Shown: positions 37,425 to 49,520, counted from the whole stretch's first letter. The stretch is 55,994 nt of DNA, filler included, from Sphacelaria rigidula (GCA_964200075.2; 5 parts of 5 records of this genome joined end to end with filler, not necessarily neighbours in it), one strand, 5' to 3'. Notes: generated from the sequence alone by a model not told the origin. Numbers and translations: made by a program.

Positions 37425-37994
37425 GTGCCACACAGCGGAATGGACGACGATCGGGGTACGCGCTTTCTCAGCATGAATCGTAAGGTGCGTCATTGTTCCG
37501 TGGTCAGATAAATGTCATGCGTCTACTGCTGCGAGTCTCTCTCCGGGTCTGCAACGACAATCGCGGTTCGCTGAGAAGAACCAGGCCAACGAGAAACTAC
37601 GGGTCCAGTGTAACGACCAAACGCGAACTTCTAGTGACGCTTCAAGCTGCCACAAGATGAGGGACTGTCAGACAAATAACAGAGATACATAGGCCGACGG
37701 CAAACAAAGAGGAAGGTTACCGCTGCACCACCAGGCACATGAAAAAGTACTGTAAAACACCTCGCTAACAATCGCTTAGCTGAAGATGAAAAGAAGTCCA
37801 CAGCTAGCAAGACGTACGAGCTTCAGCCTCGGCGCATAGTTCCTGCTTTTTGAGCAGGATACTCAGTAAAACCTGGGCATGAGATACATCTGCCACGCGA
37901 TCAGAGGCGCATTGAGCATCATGAACGACGCAATCTCTCTCCCGTTGCTGTGACGTTACGAAACAAAATTACGTCTGCGCTGCGGCCGTTTCAG

Positions 37995-38114
37995 GTTACC
38001 GCTTTGGCGGCCGGGAGGTTGGACGAAGCTGCAGACCGAGATACTTTATTGGTCGGAATGCAGACTAACCTCCTCGCATATGACGTCGACAACAATGCTG
38101 ATGTGTACTACAAG
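37995..38114 (+). CDS. BBS2: BBS2 exon 3
   Basis: VTALAAGRLDEAADRDTLLVGMQTNLLAYDVDNNADVYYK (conserved LLVGTQTNLLAYDV.NN.D.FY); GC donor aag|gcaagc. Confidence 0.92.
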
Positions 38115-38766
38115 GCAAGCGAGCTGACTTGCGAGGAGTGTTTCACGTAGGGTTGCTGGCGTTCGCTACAGGACAAGAGAAAGTCGCAACGGCATCTGGT
38201 ACCGAACGCTTTATGCCATTCATGTCGACGCCAATATTTTCAACGATAAGAACGACTAGCATGCTCAAACGTGAAGAACATACAATGCTGTCGTTGCAAC
38301 CCATTTCACGTTCGACCGATACCCGTGACTTGATGTAGGCTTACGGCATCCAAGGATATAACATTTTCGCAAATTGATTGAGCTCACTGCTATTGGACCA
38401 TGTTCCTTGTTTTTTCTAGTGTGCTTGGATATATGCCAAACCTACCGGCATATTTCCCGGAATATCTACCGGGATATTCATGTCATAGTACTCTAACTTG
38501 TCGCCATCACGAGGACCGTTCGATGCGACATTTCCTTACAAACGTGCACCACTCTGGTACACCCAACTCAAGTGAATTTGTGCTTTCACCGCGTGTCTGG
38601 TGCGACCGAAGAGACTGTCACACCCACTCAACAGAAACCTCACCCAGCACCGCCGTACAGTGACAAAAGGGTTCTTAGACACTGTACTTCTACACACCGT
38701 GAAAGAGCTTATACGACACCGATGTACGTCGTCTGCCTCTCGCTGAATCAATACTTTCACCAGTAG

Positions 38767-38885
38767 GATGTCGCAGATGGAGTGAGCTCTCTGCTTTTGG
38801 GTCAGCTGCCTGCTTCTTCCCAGCCGCTAGCGCTCGTGGGAGGGAACTGCTCAATACAGGGCTTCGACTCTGCTGGGGCTGAAAA
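38767..38885 (+). CDS. BBS2: BBS2 exon 4
   Basis: DVADGVSSLLLGQLPASSQPLALVGGNCSIQGFDSAGAE (conserved GGNC..QGF); aa|gtaagc donor. Confidence 0.92.
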
Positions 38886-39454
38886 GTAAGCTCGCGCCTG
38901 TGGCTCGAGCAAGTGTCATCGCGTACCCGTTTCCGTTATTTTGAAAAACACGCCAAGCCCTTCGTATGAATATCTTGTAGTGTAGACGTGCTTTGCACCC
39001 GCGGATTACCTGTGCAGGAGATACTCGAACCAGTGCCCGATAGATGTAGTGATGAACAGATGTGCGGAGATGGAAACAGACTAATGCAGAGAGCATGCCT
39101 GACGTTTCCACGATTTTGGTTGACTCATTTTCTCCCACTGTATTCGATGATACCTACACATCACAGCGAGGAGTTTATCGATTATGTCATGAGGAGTTCT
39201 TGCATTCATGTCTCGGGGATTATTTATAGTTATGTGCTGAGGAGTCCATGTGTTTTGTGATGTTGAAAGGAGACGCGCCCCGTTCCTCACTTCTCAACTT
39301 CAGTACTTCGATAATCAAACCGACTTCAGCTTCTTCTTCTCTGAATAAAGTTGCAACCGTATCCCCATAGACAGGCAATAACATACGCCTTAGTCACCAG
39401 CTCGGGTGTACCACTACACGGGCGCATCCCTCATGATATTTCTCCACACGCTGC

Positions 39455-40018
39455 GTTCTACATCAAAATGACACAAATTCAAATCCGACCCAATTGTAAT
39501 TGCTGCTAAAATGCGCACTGAAGCAGCAGCAAAAAACAACTCTCCAGCATATATGTGTACTCGCTGCTCATCGCCCCTTGCATCCAGTCTTGGCTTGGTC
39601 TTGGTTGGCCATCCGCACTGGTCTGCCTTCCAATTGTACACCCACTTCGCGTGGATGTGGTGTTTCGGTCGTCGCTAGGTTTCGTGGGAAGTCCCTGCGC
39701 CCAGCAGCCCGTAGAAATCTCTGCCCATTGAGTCGCTCCATAGATTTGCGTTCTCCGATCCTCTTGCCTCTGCATAGCTCCTTGGCATGTGCAGGTCACT
39801 CGCTTGACCGTGCGAAAGGACGGGGGACTTCTCCGGAGGCTGCGGCTCCCGGATTGTTTCATTGATGTCGTCACGCCAAGCGAGGGTCATGGAGAAGGTA
39901 TATAGCACGCCTATGTCACCTTCCACAGATGGTGGCTCATCGGAGCGGGTCGTGTCTATGGCTCCCCTTGCTGTCAGTGCCGACAGCAAAGCGTCTTTGT
40001 CCATCGAGGGTACTAGCC
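39455..40018 (-). pseudogene. Inverted copia pol fragment, mirror of 40097-40672
   Basis: Minus-strand peptide PSMDKDALLSALTARGAIDTT..MPRSYAEA..HFDVE mirrors plus-strand PSMDKDALLSAQTARGAIDTT..IPRSYAEA..HFDVE. Confidence 0.85.
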
Positions 40019-41269
40019 GCGTGCGCTGCACGAGGGGATGGTGTGCACGAGGGGATGGTGTGCCCTTCATCATTCATTCCCTCATGCATCGCATGGGGCT
40101 AATACCCTCGATGGACAAAGACGCTTTGCTGTCGGCACAGACCGCAAGGGGGGCCATAGACACGACCCGCGCCGATGAACCGCCATCTGTGGAAGGTGAC
40201 GGGGGCGTACCACATACCTTATCCATGATACTCGCTCGGAGTGAGAATATCGATCACGCGATCCGGGATCAGCAGCCAACAGCCTCCGGATAAGCCCCCC
40301 GACCTTCCGCACTGTCAAGCGAGTGACCTGCAGATACCAAGAAGCTATGCAGAGGCAACACGATCGGAAAACGCATACCTATGGAGCGGCTCGAGGAGAG
40401 AGTTTTGCGGACTGCTGGATGCAGGGAGTTACGCCGAAACACAGCAACGACCGAAACACTGCATGCATGCGGAGTGGGTGTACAAGTGCGAGGCGGACGA
40501 GTACGGATGGTCAACCAAGACCAAGTCAAGACTGGTTGCAAGGGGGAACGAGCAGCGAGTACACAAAGCTTTGAAGAATTTTTCGCGCCCATCGTTGCTG
40601 TTTTTTCAGTGCGTCTTTCAGCAGTAGTTGCGCGTGAGTCGGATTTAGATGTGTGCCATTTTGATGTAGAACAAGTATTCTTTCAGTCGAACCTAGACGA
40701 GGATGTATTCATGAAGGTACCTCAGGGTTGTGGCAAGCTATCGGGCAAAAATATCGCGCTTAACAAAAGTCTTTACGGTTAAAAGCATGCCTCAAGGGAT
40801 TGGCACGCCCATTTAACGCGATGTTCGTTGTTTCTGAGATTTCTGCACTGTTCGGAAGTTTCTCGTGTGTTTCGCCTGATGAAAAAAGCAACGGTGGGAA
40901 TAATCACTGTTGAACAAGTCGATGATGTATTTGCGGTGGGAAAGAAAATCAGATGTGATCAACTTGGTGAGGATTTCAACGATGGTTTCCGTAAAAACTC
41001 TCGGGCTACTTTCATGGTACTTGAGGAGTCTTTACGAAAGAAAATGGGAAAATACGACCTCAAGACACCGCATCAGACATACGCTGAGCAGTTGGTCAGG
41101 CAGTTCGGAGTAGAAGGTGGAAAGAGTGTTCCACTCTCGGTAGGTGAGAGTCTCCATGGGTTTGATATGGAGGGAGTACCAGGAGTATGGCCTCTTCGTG
41201 AGCTAGTAGGGTCGCTCATGTGGCCCTCGACGTAGACAAGACCGGAAACCTCGAACGCTGGTAAGAGTA

Positions 41270-41605
41270 CACACTCGGCCATTTGGCTACCCCCCAAAAT
41301 GTCTCCAGAGAGATGCACGGCCCTCCAGAGGCAAAACAAACCTCCGGAGGCCTTCAATCCCTCTGGAAAAAAATAAACCCTACCCAACCCGGAGGGCCGC
41401 GCACCCCTCCGGAGGAATTTGAGGGTATGCGCGGCCCTCCAGAGGCAAAAAAAAAAGGCTCCGGGGGCGTTCAATCCCTCCGGAGTAAACAAAAAAATCT
41501 CCTCTGGAGGGCCGCGAACCCCTCCGGAGGGGTTTAATCCCGCTGGAGGCTCGAAAAGTTTACCCACCTGGAGGAATTTTGGGGTTAGCCGAATGGCCGC
41601 GTGTG
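41270..41605. mobile_element. Tc1/mariner-type MITE (336 bp, TA target duplication) inserted in copia RT
   Basis: TIRs cacactcggccatttggctaccccccaaaat / attttggggttagccgaatggccgcgtgtg flanked by TA on both sides. Removal restores gta aga gta gtg gct aga tac (VRVVARY). Interior is rich in ccctccggagg palindromes. Confidence 0.85.
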
Positions 41606-43267
41606 TAGTGGCTAGATACTGTGCCGCACCAGAAAAGATGGACCGGAAGTTAGCTCTCGGTATCTTGACTTACGTGAAAGGGGCGAGTTTGTTGGGAATC
41701 GATTTTACAGAGGTACTGTCGGAGGATCGAGCTTGCAAGTATATGTAGGTGCAGATTGTGCACGTAAGGCTGCTGATCGGAGATCAGTTTCGGGGAGGAG
41801 AATCATGTGTGGAGGTGGATGCATTTCATCGTTTTCTCGGAAGCAGGAACGCGTCATGCGTTCTACAACGGAAGCAGAGTATGTGGCAATTGCAGACGTT
41901 CTCAAGTGTTAGTCCTTAGACAGGTTTGGCGCTTTATGTTATCAAAGGCTGGTATGCCATGTATTCCCATATCTTGAGGAAAATCAAGGTGCTCTGCAAC
42001 TTTGCGTAAAATCTTGTGACGAACTCTAGTTCCAAGCACATCATAGATGTACGACATCACTTTATCAGGGAATTGGTGGATAGAGAGGAGTTCTCAGTCA
42101 TTTTCACATCATCCGAATACCAGCATGGGAACTTCTTGACATAGGCGTCGTTGGCTTAGGAAACGTTTGAGTTTTACCGAAATTTTACGATAAATGTATA
42201 GTGACTATTGTTTTGCATGGTTTCATGAGTGATGGCTTCATTTGGTGTAAGCAGGTTTTTTGGTGCTGGACGCAATTTTCAGGTAAACAGTGCGTCAAAG
42301 CAAAGCGATCTGAGCGATATTGTATATCCTGGCACGCACGCTGATGAGGTGTGTGTACACTGTCGGGCAATATCACGAACAGGGGGGATTCAAGAGATAC
42401 TCGATTCAGTGCCCGACACATGCCATGATGAATGGATCAACAGAGATGAAGCCGACTAGTGCGGAGCATATCCTTGGTGTTTCCATGAGTTTGATCGGCC
42501 CATTTTCCTCGCCGTACTTGGTGATACCTACACATCACAGCGAGAAGATATATCGTTTCATGTCCTGAGGAGTTCTTGTGTTTGTGTGGTGGGGTGTTTT
42601 TATGGTTATGTGTTGAGGAGTCCATGTGTTTTAGGTTGGGAGGAGGCGCGCCCCGGTTCTCACTTCTTAACTTCACTACTTCGATAATCAAACCGACTTC
42701 AGCTTTTTCTTCTCTTCATAAAATTACCACCGCCTCCCCATAAATGGGCAATAACATATGCCTCAGTCACCAGCTTGGGTGTGCACCTACTCTACGGGCA
42801 AATTCCTCACGGAGTTCCCAAACAACCTAGACGACTACGGCGCCCCGGATGATGAGATCGTGTATCAATTGAGAAATACCTACAAGACCATTCCCCACAG
42901 CTCGTGTTTACTAGGTGCAGTGAATGTATTTTCGGGAGTACTCACGTAGGGAGACGTGGCACGTCTACACTAGCATGCGTTCTCGACGATTTTCCCTGAT
43001 TTACTGCGGAATGAACATGCCGTGTTCCGCTGGGAAAGCAAGTTGGAATTGTGCGCTGTTTGCTCCAAAACCCCACACCCTGAGGATTGCTTGCTCTTCT
43101 CGGCGAGTCCTGGGTTTCTGGATCGCTGCCTACATTTCCCCGCCTGTAAAAATCCGTGTAGGAGTTCGACGCCCGTTTCCGCCTTTGTTGAGCTTCCATC
43201 ACAGTGTATTTTGGCTGATATCTAAAAAATTATCTTGTCGTCTGCACGACTGGTCCTCGTTTTTTAG

Positions 43268-43367
43268 GTTTTGGACTGTCACAGGTGACAAAGTGTCGTC
43301 GATGGCCATGGTTGATGCCGATGGGGACGGACATATGGAGCTCCTGGTCGGTAGCGACGATTTCGAG
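43268..43367 (+). CDS. BBS2: BBS2 exon 5
   Basis: [33 protein letters not shown] (hallmark FWTVTGD..ELLVGS.DF); tttttag acceptor, gag|gtaagg donor. Confidence 0.95.
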
Positions 43368-43548
43368 GTAAGGAGATACGACTATCGTGGTCAGGATCGC
43401 TTTTTCATTCTTGGCCTCTCACGATATTGAGCATTTTGATGGAAATGACGAACCGATAATCTCCAGACTTCATCGTCACCTCTAACGCAATAATTCCCCG
43501 CGGCTTCGCGCGCATTGTACCACCGCGCTGCAAACACCTTGCTGCTAG

Positions 43549-43669
43549 ATGCGCGTTTTCCGGCAGGAAGAGGTGGTGAGCGAGATAACAGAAGCAGATC
43601 GAGTCACCCACTTGGAGTGCATAGCGGGCAAAAGGGGCAGTACACGATGGGGTTTTGGCCTAGCGAATG
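43549..43669 (+). CDS. BBS2: BBS2 exon 6
   Basis: MRVFRQEEVVSEITEADRVTHLECIAGKRGSTRWGFGLAN; tag acceptor, g|gtgagg donor. Confidence 0.92.
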
Positions 43670-44310
43670 GTGAGGCCTCGGAAACACGAGTGATTCGTCC
43701 CGTCGTCGTTGCGGTTCTTTTGGTGAAATGAGCTTGGAGCGTATTCAAATAATCGTGGATAACCAACAACGAACAACGAGCTGAGGCTGGGGTCTCAAAG
43801 ACAACGGCAGAAAATTGTCCTACAAAGTTCGGGTCGAAATGTTGTTGCTGATCTAAAAGTTTATACCGTTGAAAGTAGATATGTCTATTTCATGTGAGAC
43901 TACAACGCTAGATTTCGAGCTGACGCTAAACTGACATTTCAGAGTAGAGCCCCCCTGCCGTACTCGCAGATGACGCGAATACCACCCCCGAACGAAATTG
44001 TCTCTATCAAAGTCTTGCAAGGCCCTTACTTTGCCGTGGATATGATCTCTTCAACTATCTCGTAGCGGTCATTGAACGGCACAGGTGTCTGCCTAGTCGA
44101 AGTTTTTGAGAACGTCAGGGATGAAAACATCATCATTCGGGTAATTATCATACTTTCCATACATACCCCGTTACGGTACTGTAGCAGATCGTCTAGTCCA
44201 ATCCGTCATTTTGGTTGCGTTCAACTTCGCCAGCACACTCCCCATACTCCGACCTCCCGGCGAATGTTTGAAACTTGGTGTGTTTATACCTATCTGTCCC
44301 GCATGAACAG

Positions 44311-44369
44311 GCACTATAGGCGTGTACGACAAAGGGAGACGGCTTTGGCGCGTCAAGACAAAGCATAAG
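44311..44369 (+). CDS. BBS2: BBS2 exon 7 (gene continues beyond contig end)
   Basis: GTIGVYDKGRRLWRVKTKHK (conserved GTVGVY....R.WRIKSK); cag acceptor, aag|gtgcga donor. Confidence 0.92.
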
Positions 44370-44699
44370 GTGCGAGACGCAACATACAGCGGTACACCAG
44401 CTAACACATGCGTCATTGGCCCCCATACTATTAGTAGTGGACACTCCACAGTGAGAACTAGGCACATTGCCGAACAGGGCAGACGACCGACGCTTCCAGG
44501 GCCATGTGATGCTGGCAAAATCACAAGTGTTATCGCCTGTTCGTGACCAATGGTGCTGTGCTCGTTCGCACCAGTTCTGGCGGTGCAGATACTGTAGGCA
44601 AACCTCAATAGCTTGAGCAACCCTGCGGGCAGTACAGGAAGCCTATCGCCACATAGTTGCGCATTGGATGGAAACATGGAATAGTCAGTACAGAGTGCT

Positions 44700-44776
44700 G
44701 CACCCCGGTGGTGTAATGGTCCGACTGTCGCCATTAGGGTGGAGAGAACGGGGGTTCGATTCCCGATGCGTTGGGT
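44700..44776 (+). mobile_element. tRNA-like head of a SINE, truncated by contig end
   Basis: gcaccccggtggtgtaatggtcc...gggggttcgattcccgatgcgttggg; near-identical to the head of the 23602-23933 element. Confidence 0.75.
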
Positions 44777-44876
44777 NNNNNNNNNNNNNNNNNNNNNNNN
44801 NNNNNNNNNNNNNNNNNNNNTTAATTAATTAANNNNNNNNNNNNNNNNNNNNNNNNNNNNNNNNNNNNNNNNNNNN
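44777..44876. other. Artificial contig linker N44-TTAATTAATTAA-N44
   Basis: Same 100-bp spacer. Confidence 0.97.
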
Positions 44877-45106
44877 GATCCTGAGGTGTTTTGAACCACG
44901 GCGCGGTCCTCTCAGCACGCGGCCCTCTCACGCATTACAATCCTTATGGTGAGGGTTAGGGTTAGGGTTAGGGTTAGTGTTGGGGTTAGGGGCAGGGGCA
45001 GGGGCATGGTACCTGCAGGGACTGATCCGTTTGGTTTTGAAAAACGTCGACCCTGAGGTGTTTTGAACTACGGCGCCGTCCTCTAAGCACGCGGTCCTCT
45101 CACGCA
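44877..45106. repeat. ~57-bp direct repeat flanking a short (TTAGGG)n tract
   Basis: cctgaggtgttttgaac.acggcgc.gtcctct.agcacgcgg.cctctcacgca at 44880-44934 and 45052-45106; agggttagggttagggttagggttag at ~44952-44990. Confidence 0.7.
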
Positions 45107-48100
45107 CTACAGCCCCACCCACAAAGACACCCATGAGACAGTCTATAAGCCATGGCTGTCTCTGGAAGTGGCGATAGTAGAAAACCAACCAACTCATTGT
45201 AGCCTGTCATCCATATGCAAGATAACCAGTAGGCTTTAGCAGGGTGCAGCTCACCCTTCATGCGACTCGCCGAACACACCACGGCGCCTCGCGCTCGGGG
45301 GTTTGAGTGCGAGCCTGGTCTGGCGAAAACCCGGCGTGCTCCGTCCCAGCATTGTAGGGATGCGAGGTCAATGGTCTTATGACTATAGCATGCATGATCA
45401 TAAGTACCCAAACAAGTGCACCGGAGACCGGAGTGGGGGTAACAGTCATATCATGTGAGGTCGAGAGAAGGAGAGTTGATCGAAGACGGCAAACCACTCA
45501 TTCCATTTGGGGATTGGCTATCATGTACCCGCAGGCAGGGTGCCACCTGCTACAACATCGTCCAGTGTCAAATGTTTTGGGTCGAGGGGCCACGGCATGC
45601 CCTATCCTCTTCACGAGTGAAGTGTCGACATTTAGCCGGATCAATATGTCTCGCTGAACAACAACGTGTCTTATCGCCGACCATGCTGCAGGATGTTCTA
45701 TATATGACACCCTACATGTTGTTGTCTGTGGTGGAGTGACGAGCTTACCGCATTTTGCAGGGGCTTGCATACGGTCTCGTGTAATTCCGTCTCGGAACCG
45801 AGCAGGACCCGCATGCCTTGTGTTGGGCATCTTTCGGGGTGGGGGCATTCAAGGGATCGGTCTACAGGGGAGCGTCGATGCAGTCCTGGGCTGAGGTCGT
45901 GCTTTCTCCGAGTGTCGCAGGGAGATGGTTGTGGGTTGTCGTCGAGCACGCCGGCTATCATGGCCATTGCGTTGGGATTCTGAAGGTCGAAACAGTCATT
46001 ACGTCTCGGCCGTTTTCCCGTCCTACTACAGATAGAAGGGTTGATCGTAAGAGGGGCAACATCAAGAACGGCAATACAAACTATGTCACCGGGATGGTTC
46101 CGAAGTGCAGTCTACTGCTGTATTGCCCATCGACCACATCCAGTACTGCGCCGCGAGTCGTTCTCATCATATCGACCTTTGACGCCACACTCGCCACCGT
46201 TTCCGTAATCCACTTCAGGCGCTGATATCAATCTTTCGTACTTGCACTTACAGTTCAGCGGCGTCCCCAGTAGTCAATGCGTGTTTCGCGTCTAAAATTC
46301 GACGAAGTAACTCCTCTGCAGTGGCCCGATGGTTTCTGTGAAGGCTCTGTATGATACTCCACTCCCCGACATTGCTGCGATGAGTACCAAACGAGCGTGT
46401 GAACCTGGAATCGAGTCTGCAATGCTGGACTATACAGCCACTCATTCATCTCCTTCACGGTCTCAATGATCACCAGCTGATCTTCATTTGGTGGCCCATT
46501 CTCGTGGACCACACCTTTGCGGCGGAAATGCCGGAAGTACTTGCGGGAAATGAACCTCTCACTCACCGCACGTGGGACATCAGCATCCTGTAACTCATCA
46601 TCCTTGTTTCTTCCATGCATGTTTGAACGACATCGTCGATGGATTCCAATGTCTTCCCCGCTGAATACTATCGTGTCTAGCACGTCTCTGGGCTGGTGTA
46701 CCGGACGGTACAAGCTTCGTACTGGAAACATGATGAGTGGTTGCTACAATACAAAGGGGTTGGCACTGGATTGAATATCATCATAATATATGGCGGCATC
46801 AATACTGCTGGTGAGTGTGAGTGTGAGGAGGTGGGGTTGACCTCTATCGAACGTCGAACCACGCGTCGGAAAGCACGCTGGATGAACGATACCTACGCAT
46901 AAGTATAATGTATATGGACGCCGACTACGATAGTCTTGGACGCCACAGCCCTCGCTCGCATTCCTTCCTAATGACATATGTGTAGGTTCAATACCCCGAC
47001 AAAAAATATAATACCGGGTGGCTCAACAGCCTGTCTGTCCTCTTGTCCTATCGGTCGTCATGTTCACATACAAGAGCTATGCTATTCCTTTTTCAGTCAT
47101 TAAGTTCGTCTCGTGGTTGGTTCTGCGAATCAGCACATGGGGAGTAGATTCGTCAATGACCACACGACTCAAATGATACGCAGTTGGTGTTAGTGAGTTC
47201 GACACAGACTTCCTGTCCGTCCTACTCACGTTACTGGATGGGGATACACATTTATTGGAGTAGCCCAGTGGTGAGGTCGATGTAAGTGCCCTCTTTTATA
47301 TGATATTTCTTCTCGAAGTCTTCGACATATCTGGGACTGAAGTGTAGGTCATGTGTTGGATCGTAAAAAGCATGCGTAGTCCGGATGGACTACCCTTCTC
47401 GCGGTCTACGGGTTAAACACGGATGCCCCCCCCCAAACCTCCGAGACTTTATGTACCCCCCCCCTGCCCCCCCCCTCCGGCGGTCGTAGGATTTTTCTTT
47501 TTTCACATTAAGGAACGCTCAATAAATGTCCATTTTGGGGCGACTTGGGTGAGGTAGCGCCCATGATTGTTGCCCCTACCTGCCACCACAAGATGCGACG
47601 CACATTGGACGAAAATTAACAGGGGATTCTATAACATGAGGTTCATCAATGAAATGAGGTTTGAAGACCCTAGCCGTTGAATGGCAAAAAGCCCTCAAGA
47701 GCACCGCACGACAGTACTGATGTGCAATTTTGGGAAGGAGTAGGGAGTACGTCCGTGGTTGCACATGCCGCCTATCCCGGGTTAGCTGCGGGCGACGGCG
47801 TCAAACTTCACCATGGTCTGAAGAAAAAGCGGGAACCATGTCAACAATTTGTCCATGGAAAAGCGATTGATTGTCCATGATGTTCTCACTGTGGTGCTTC
47901 GAGCCCATGTCCAGCAGAAAATCTTCGGCGCCAAGCTGCTCGTCAGTGACTTGCTGAGGAGAGAAGTAACTTTTCACTATCCCGGAGACGAGCACATAAA
48001 AAATCAGGATATAAAAATGGGATTTCATGGAATATTGTGACAACGTGTTCTAGAGAAGGCAATGATATCTAATATCCGTGCGGATTCTACCAGGTTCGAG

Positions 48101-48368
48101 CAAACATGCCGCTGCGATGGTGAACACTCGACACAACAACAGCCCTACGGCGGGCGGTGGTGTGGTTGGAACTCTTGGCAGGAAATAGATCAACCTAGTC
48201 ACGGGTTCATGGGCGCTTGATTTCTCTGGTCGCACTCCAACGGATTACCTAGGGATCCACACGAGCAACCCCGAGGCCTCACGTGCTGAATGACGACATC
48301 ACAACGATAGTCGAAGCCCCCGATCGTCCGCGACTGCTGCGATAAGGAAAAGACAGGAACGCTACACA

Positions 48369-49520
48369 TCAACCCCTGGCCCTCGTCTCCATTGTATCCA
48401 ATACTGGCTTGGGAATCCTGTCACCAACGCTTAGCTTCTCGCACGAAGCGACAACCAGCTCTGCTTGCATCCACTCTACGTCCGGCACTAACTTTCGCCT
48501 CTTGCTCTTACTACCCATTGTACACCCTTCACTGTTTCCCACTGTCTTGTAATCTGCTGTGATTTTCCCTTTGAACACGGGATCTTACAAATTGGGGATG
48601 GATCATATATTGGAAATGAGAAACCCGAAGGATTAAAATCTTCGTATCCGCACCAAATATTCGAAATATGGTTCCATTTCTTCACCGACTGATAGCTGTT
48701 GACAAGTGCTACACGCCATACGAATCTGGATTTCGATCACCGAAATGTTGGGGTCCTTGATGAAAAAGTAGTTTTGTGGAATTCCGGGTGTCCGAACGGA
48801 CGCCAAAATGGTTCCGAAATGTCTTTTTCACCTAGGACCCCAATATTTCGGTGATCGAAATCCAAATTTCTATGGCGTGTAGAAGTCGTCAATAGCTATC
48901 AGTAGGTGAAGAAATATAACCATATTTCGAATATTTGGTGCGGATACGAAGATTTTAATCCTCCGGGTTTCTCATCCCCAATAAATGATCCATCCCCAAC
49001 TTGTAAGATCCCGTGTGTTCGCCGTATTCGCCGATGTTGTAGCCAGAAGCGTTGTTTCGAATCGCGGCGGTGGCCGGCGACCACCAGCGCACCTGAACTT
49101 CTGCTTCGCCGTCGGCCCCCTCGCGCTTGTCCGTGACTCTCCCCACCAAAAACGGAGCTTGGTCACAGAGAAAGAAAACAAAATGTCCCTCGTCGAACGA
49201 GGGAACATACCGTGCTGGATTGCCATCTCCGTCGCCCCCGCTACCTAGCACTGAGTTATCGACACCAACGTTTCCCGGATGATCACCGACAGGCGGCTTC
49301 CGCCCCCCCACAGACCCCTCGACTACATCAACATCCCCATCTGCCCCCGCCCTCTCTTCCCCTGACCCTCCAGATAACTGCACGCCATTACGCTTGAACC
49401 AATGACACGTAAGGTTCCACGGTACTGAGCCTTTCGCGGCCAGAAGTCGGTGGGACGTCGCCATCTCGTCCTTGATGGCCTGCTGTTTGTCGAAATCTGG
49501 GTGACATGGGTCGCACGGGA
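48369..49520 (-). pseudogene. Remnant of unknown ORF, copy A (interrupted by a MITE)
   Basis: YVPSFDEGHFVFFLCDQAPFLVGRVTDK..EVQVRWWSPATAAIRNNASGYNIGEYGE [MITE] FKGKITADYKT..KRRKLVPDVEWMQAELVVASCEKLSVGDRIPKPVLDTMETRARG*; homologous to copy B. Confidence 0.6.
48576..49015. mobile_element. Fold-back MITE (440 bp, ~190-bp inverted arms, CAC..GTG ends)
   Basis: Ends cacgggatcttacaa / ttgtaagatcccgtg; mirror peptides in the ORF track (NHISNIWCGYEDFNP on both strands); absent from the paralogous site near 50950. Confidence 0.85.

Larger units (their letters stand above)
39011..42824 (+). mobile_element. Decayed, rearranged Ty1/copia LTR retrotransposon in BBS2 intron 4
   Basis: Frameshifted RT/RNase H motifs on + (IPRSYAEA, WVYK, KSRLVARG, FAP, HFDVEQ, LNKSLYG*K, VDD, RELVGSLMW, DRRSVSG, STTEAEYVA, DVRHHFIRE) at ~40330-42150. 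Diverged LTR-like direct repeats at ~39011-39448 and ~42389-42824; purine tract acagggggga before the right LTR. No gag/integrase seen. Confidence 0.88.

Noticed and set aside
26585-44369. Functional clustering of the sulfotransferase, BBS2 and the EsV-1-7 gene
   Set aside because: They lie on separate contigs joined artificially.
44700-44776. tRNA gene
   Set aside because: A/B boxes are present but I cannot form a canonical acceptor and anticodon stem, and the same head is attached to a SINE body at 23602-23933.
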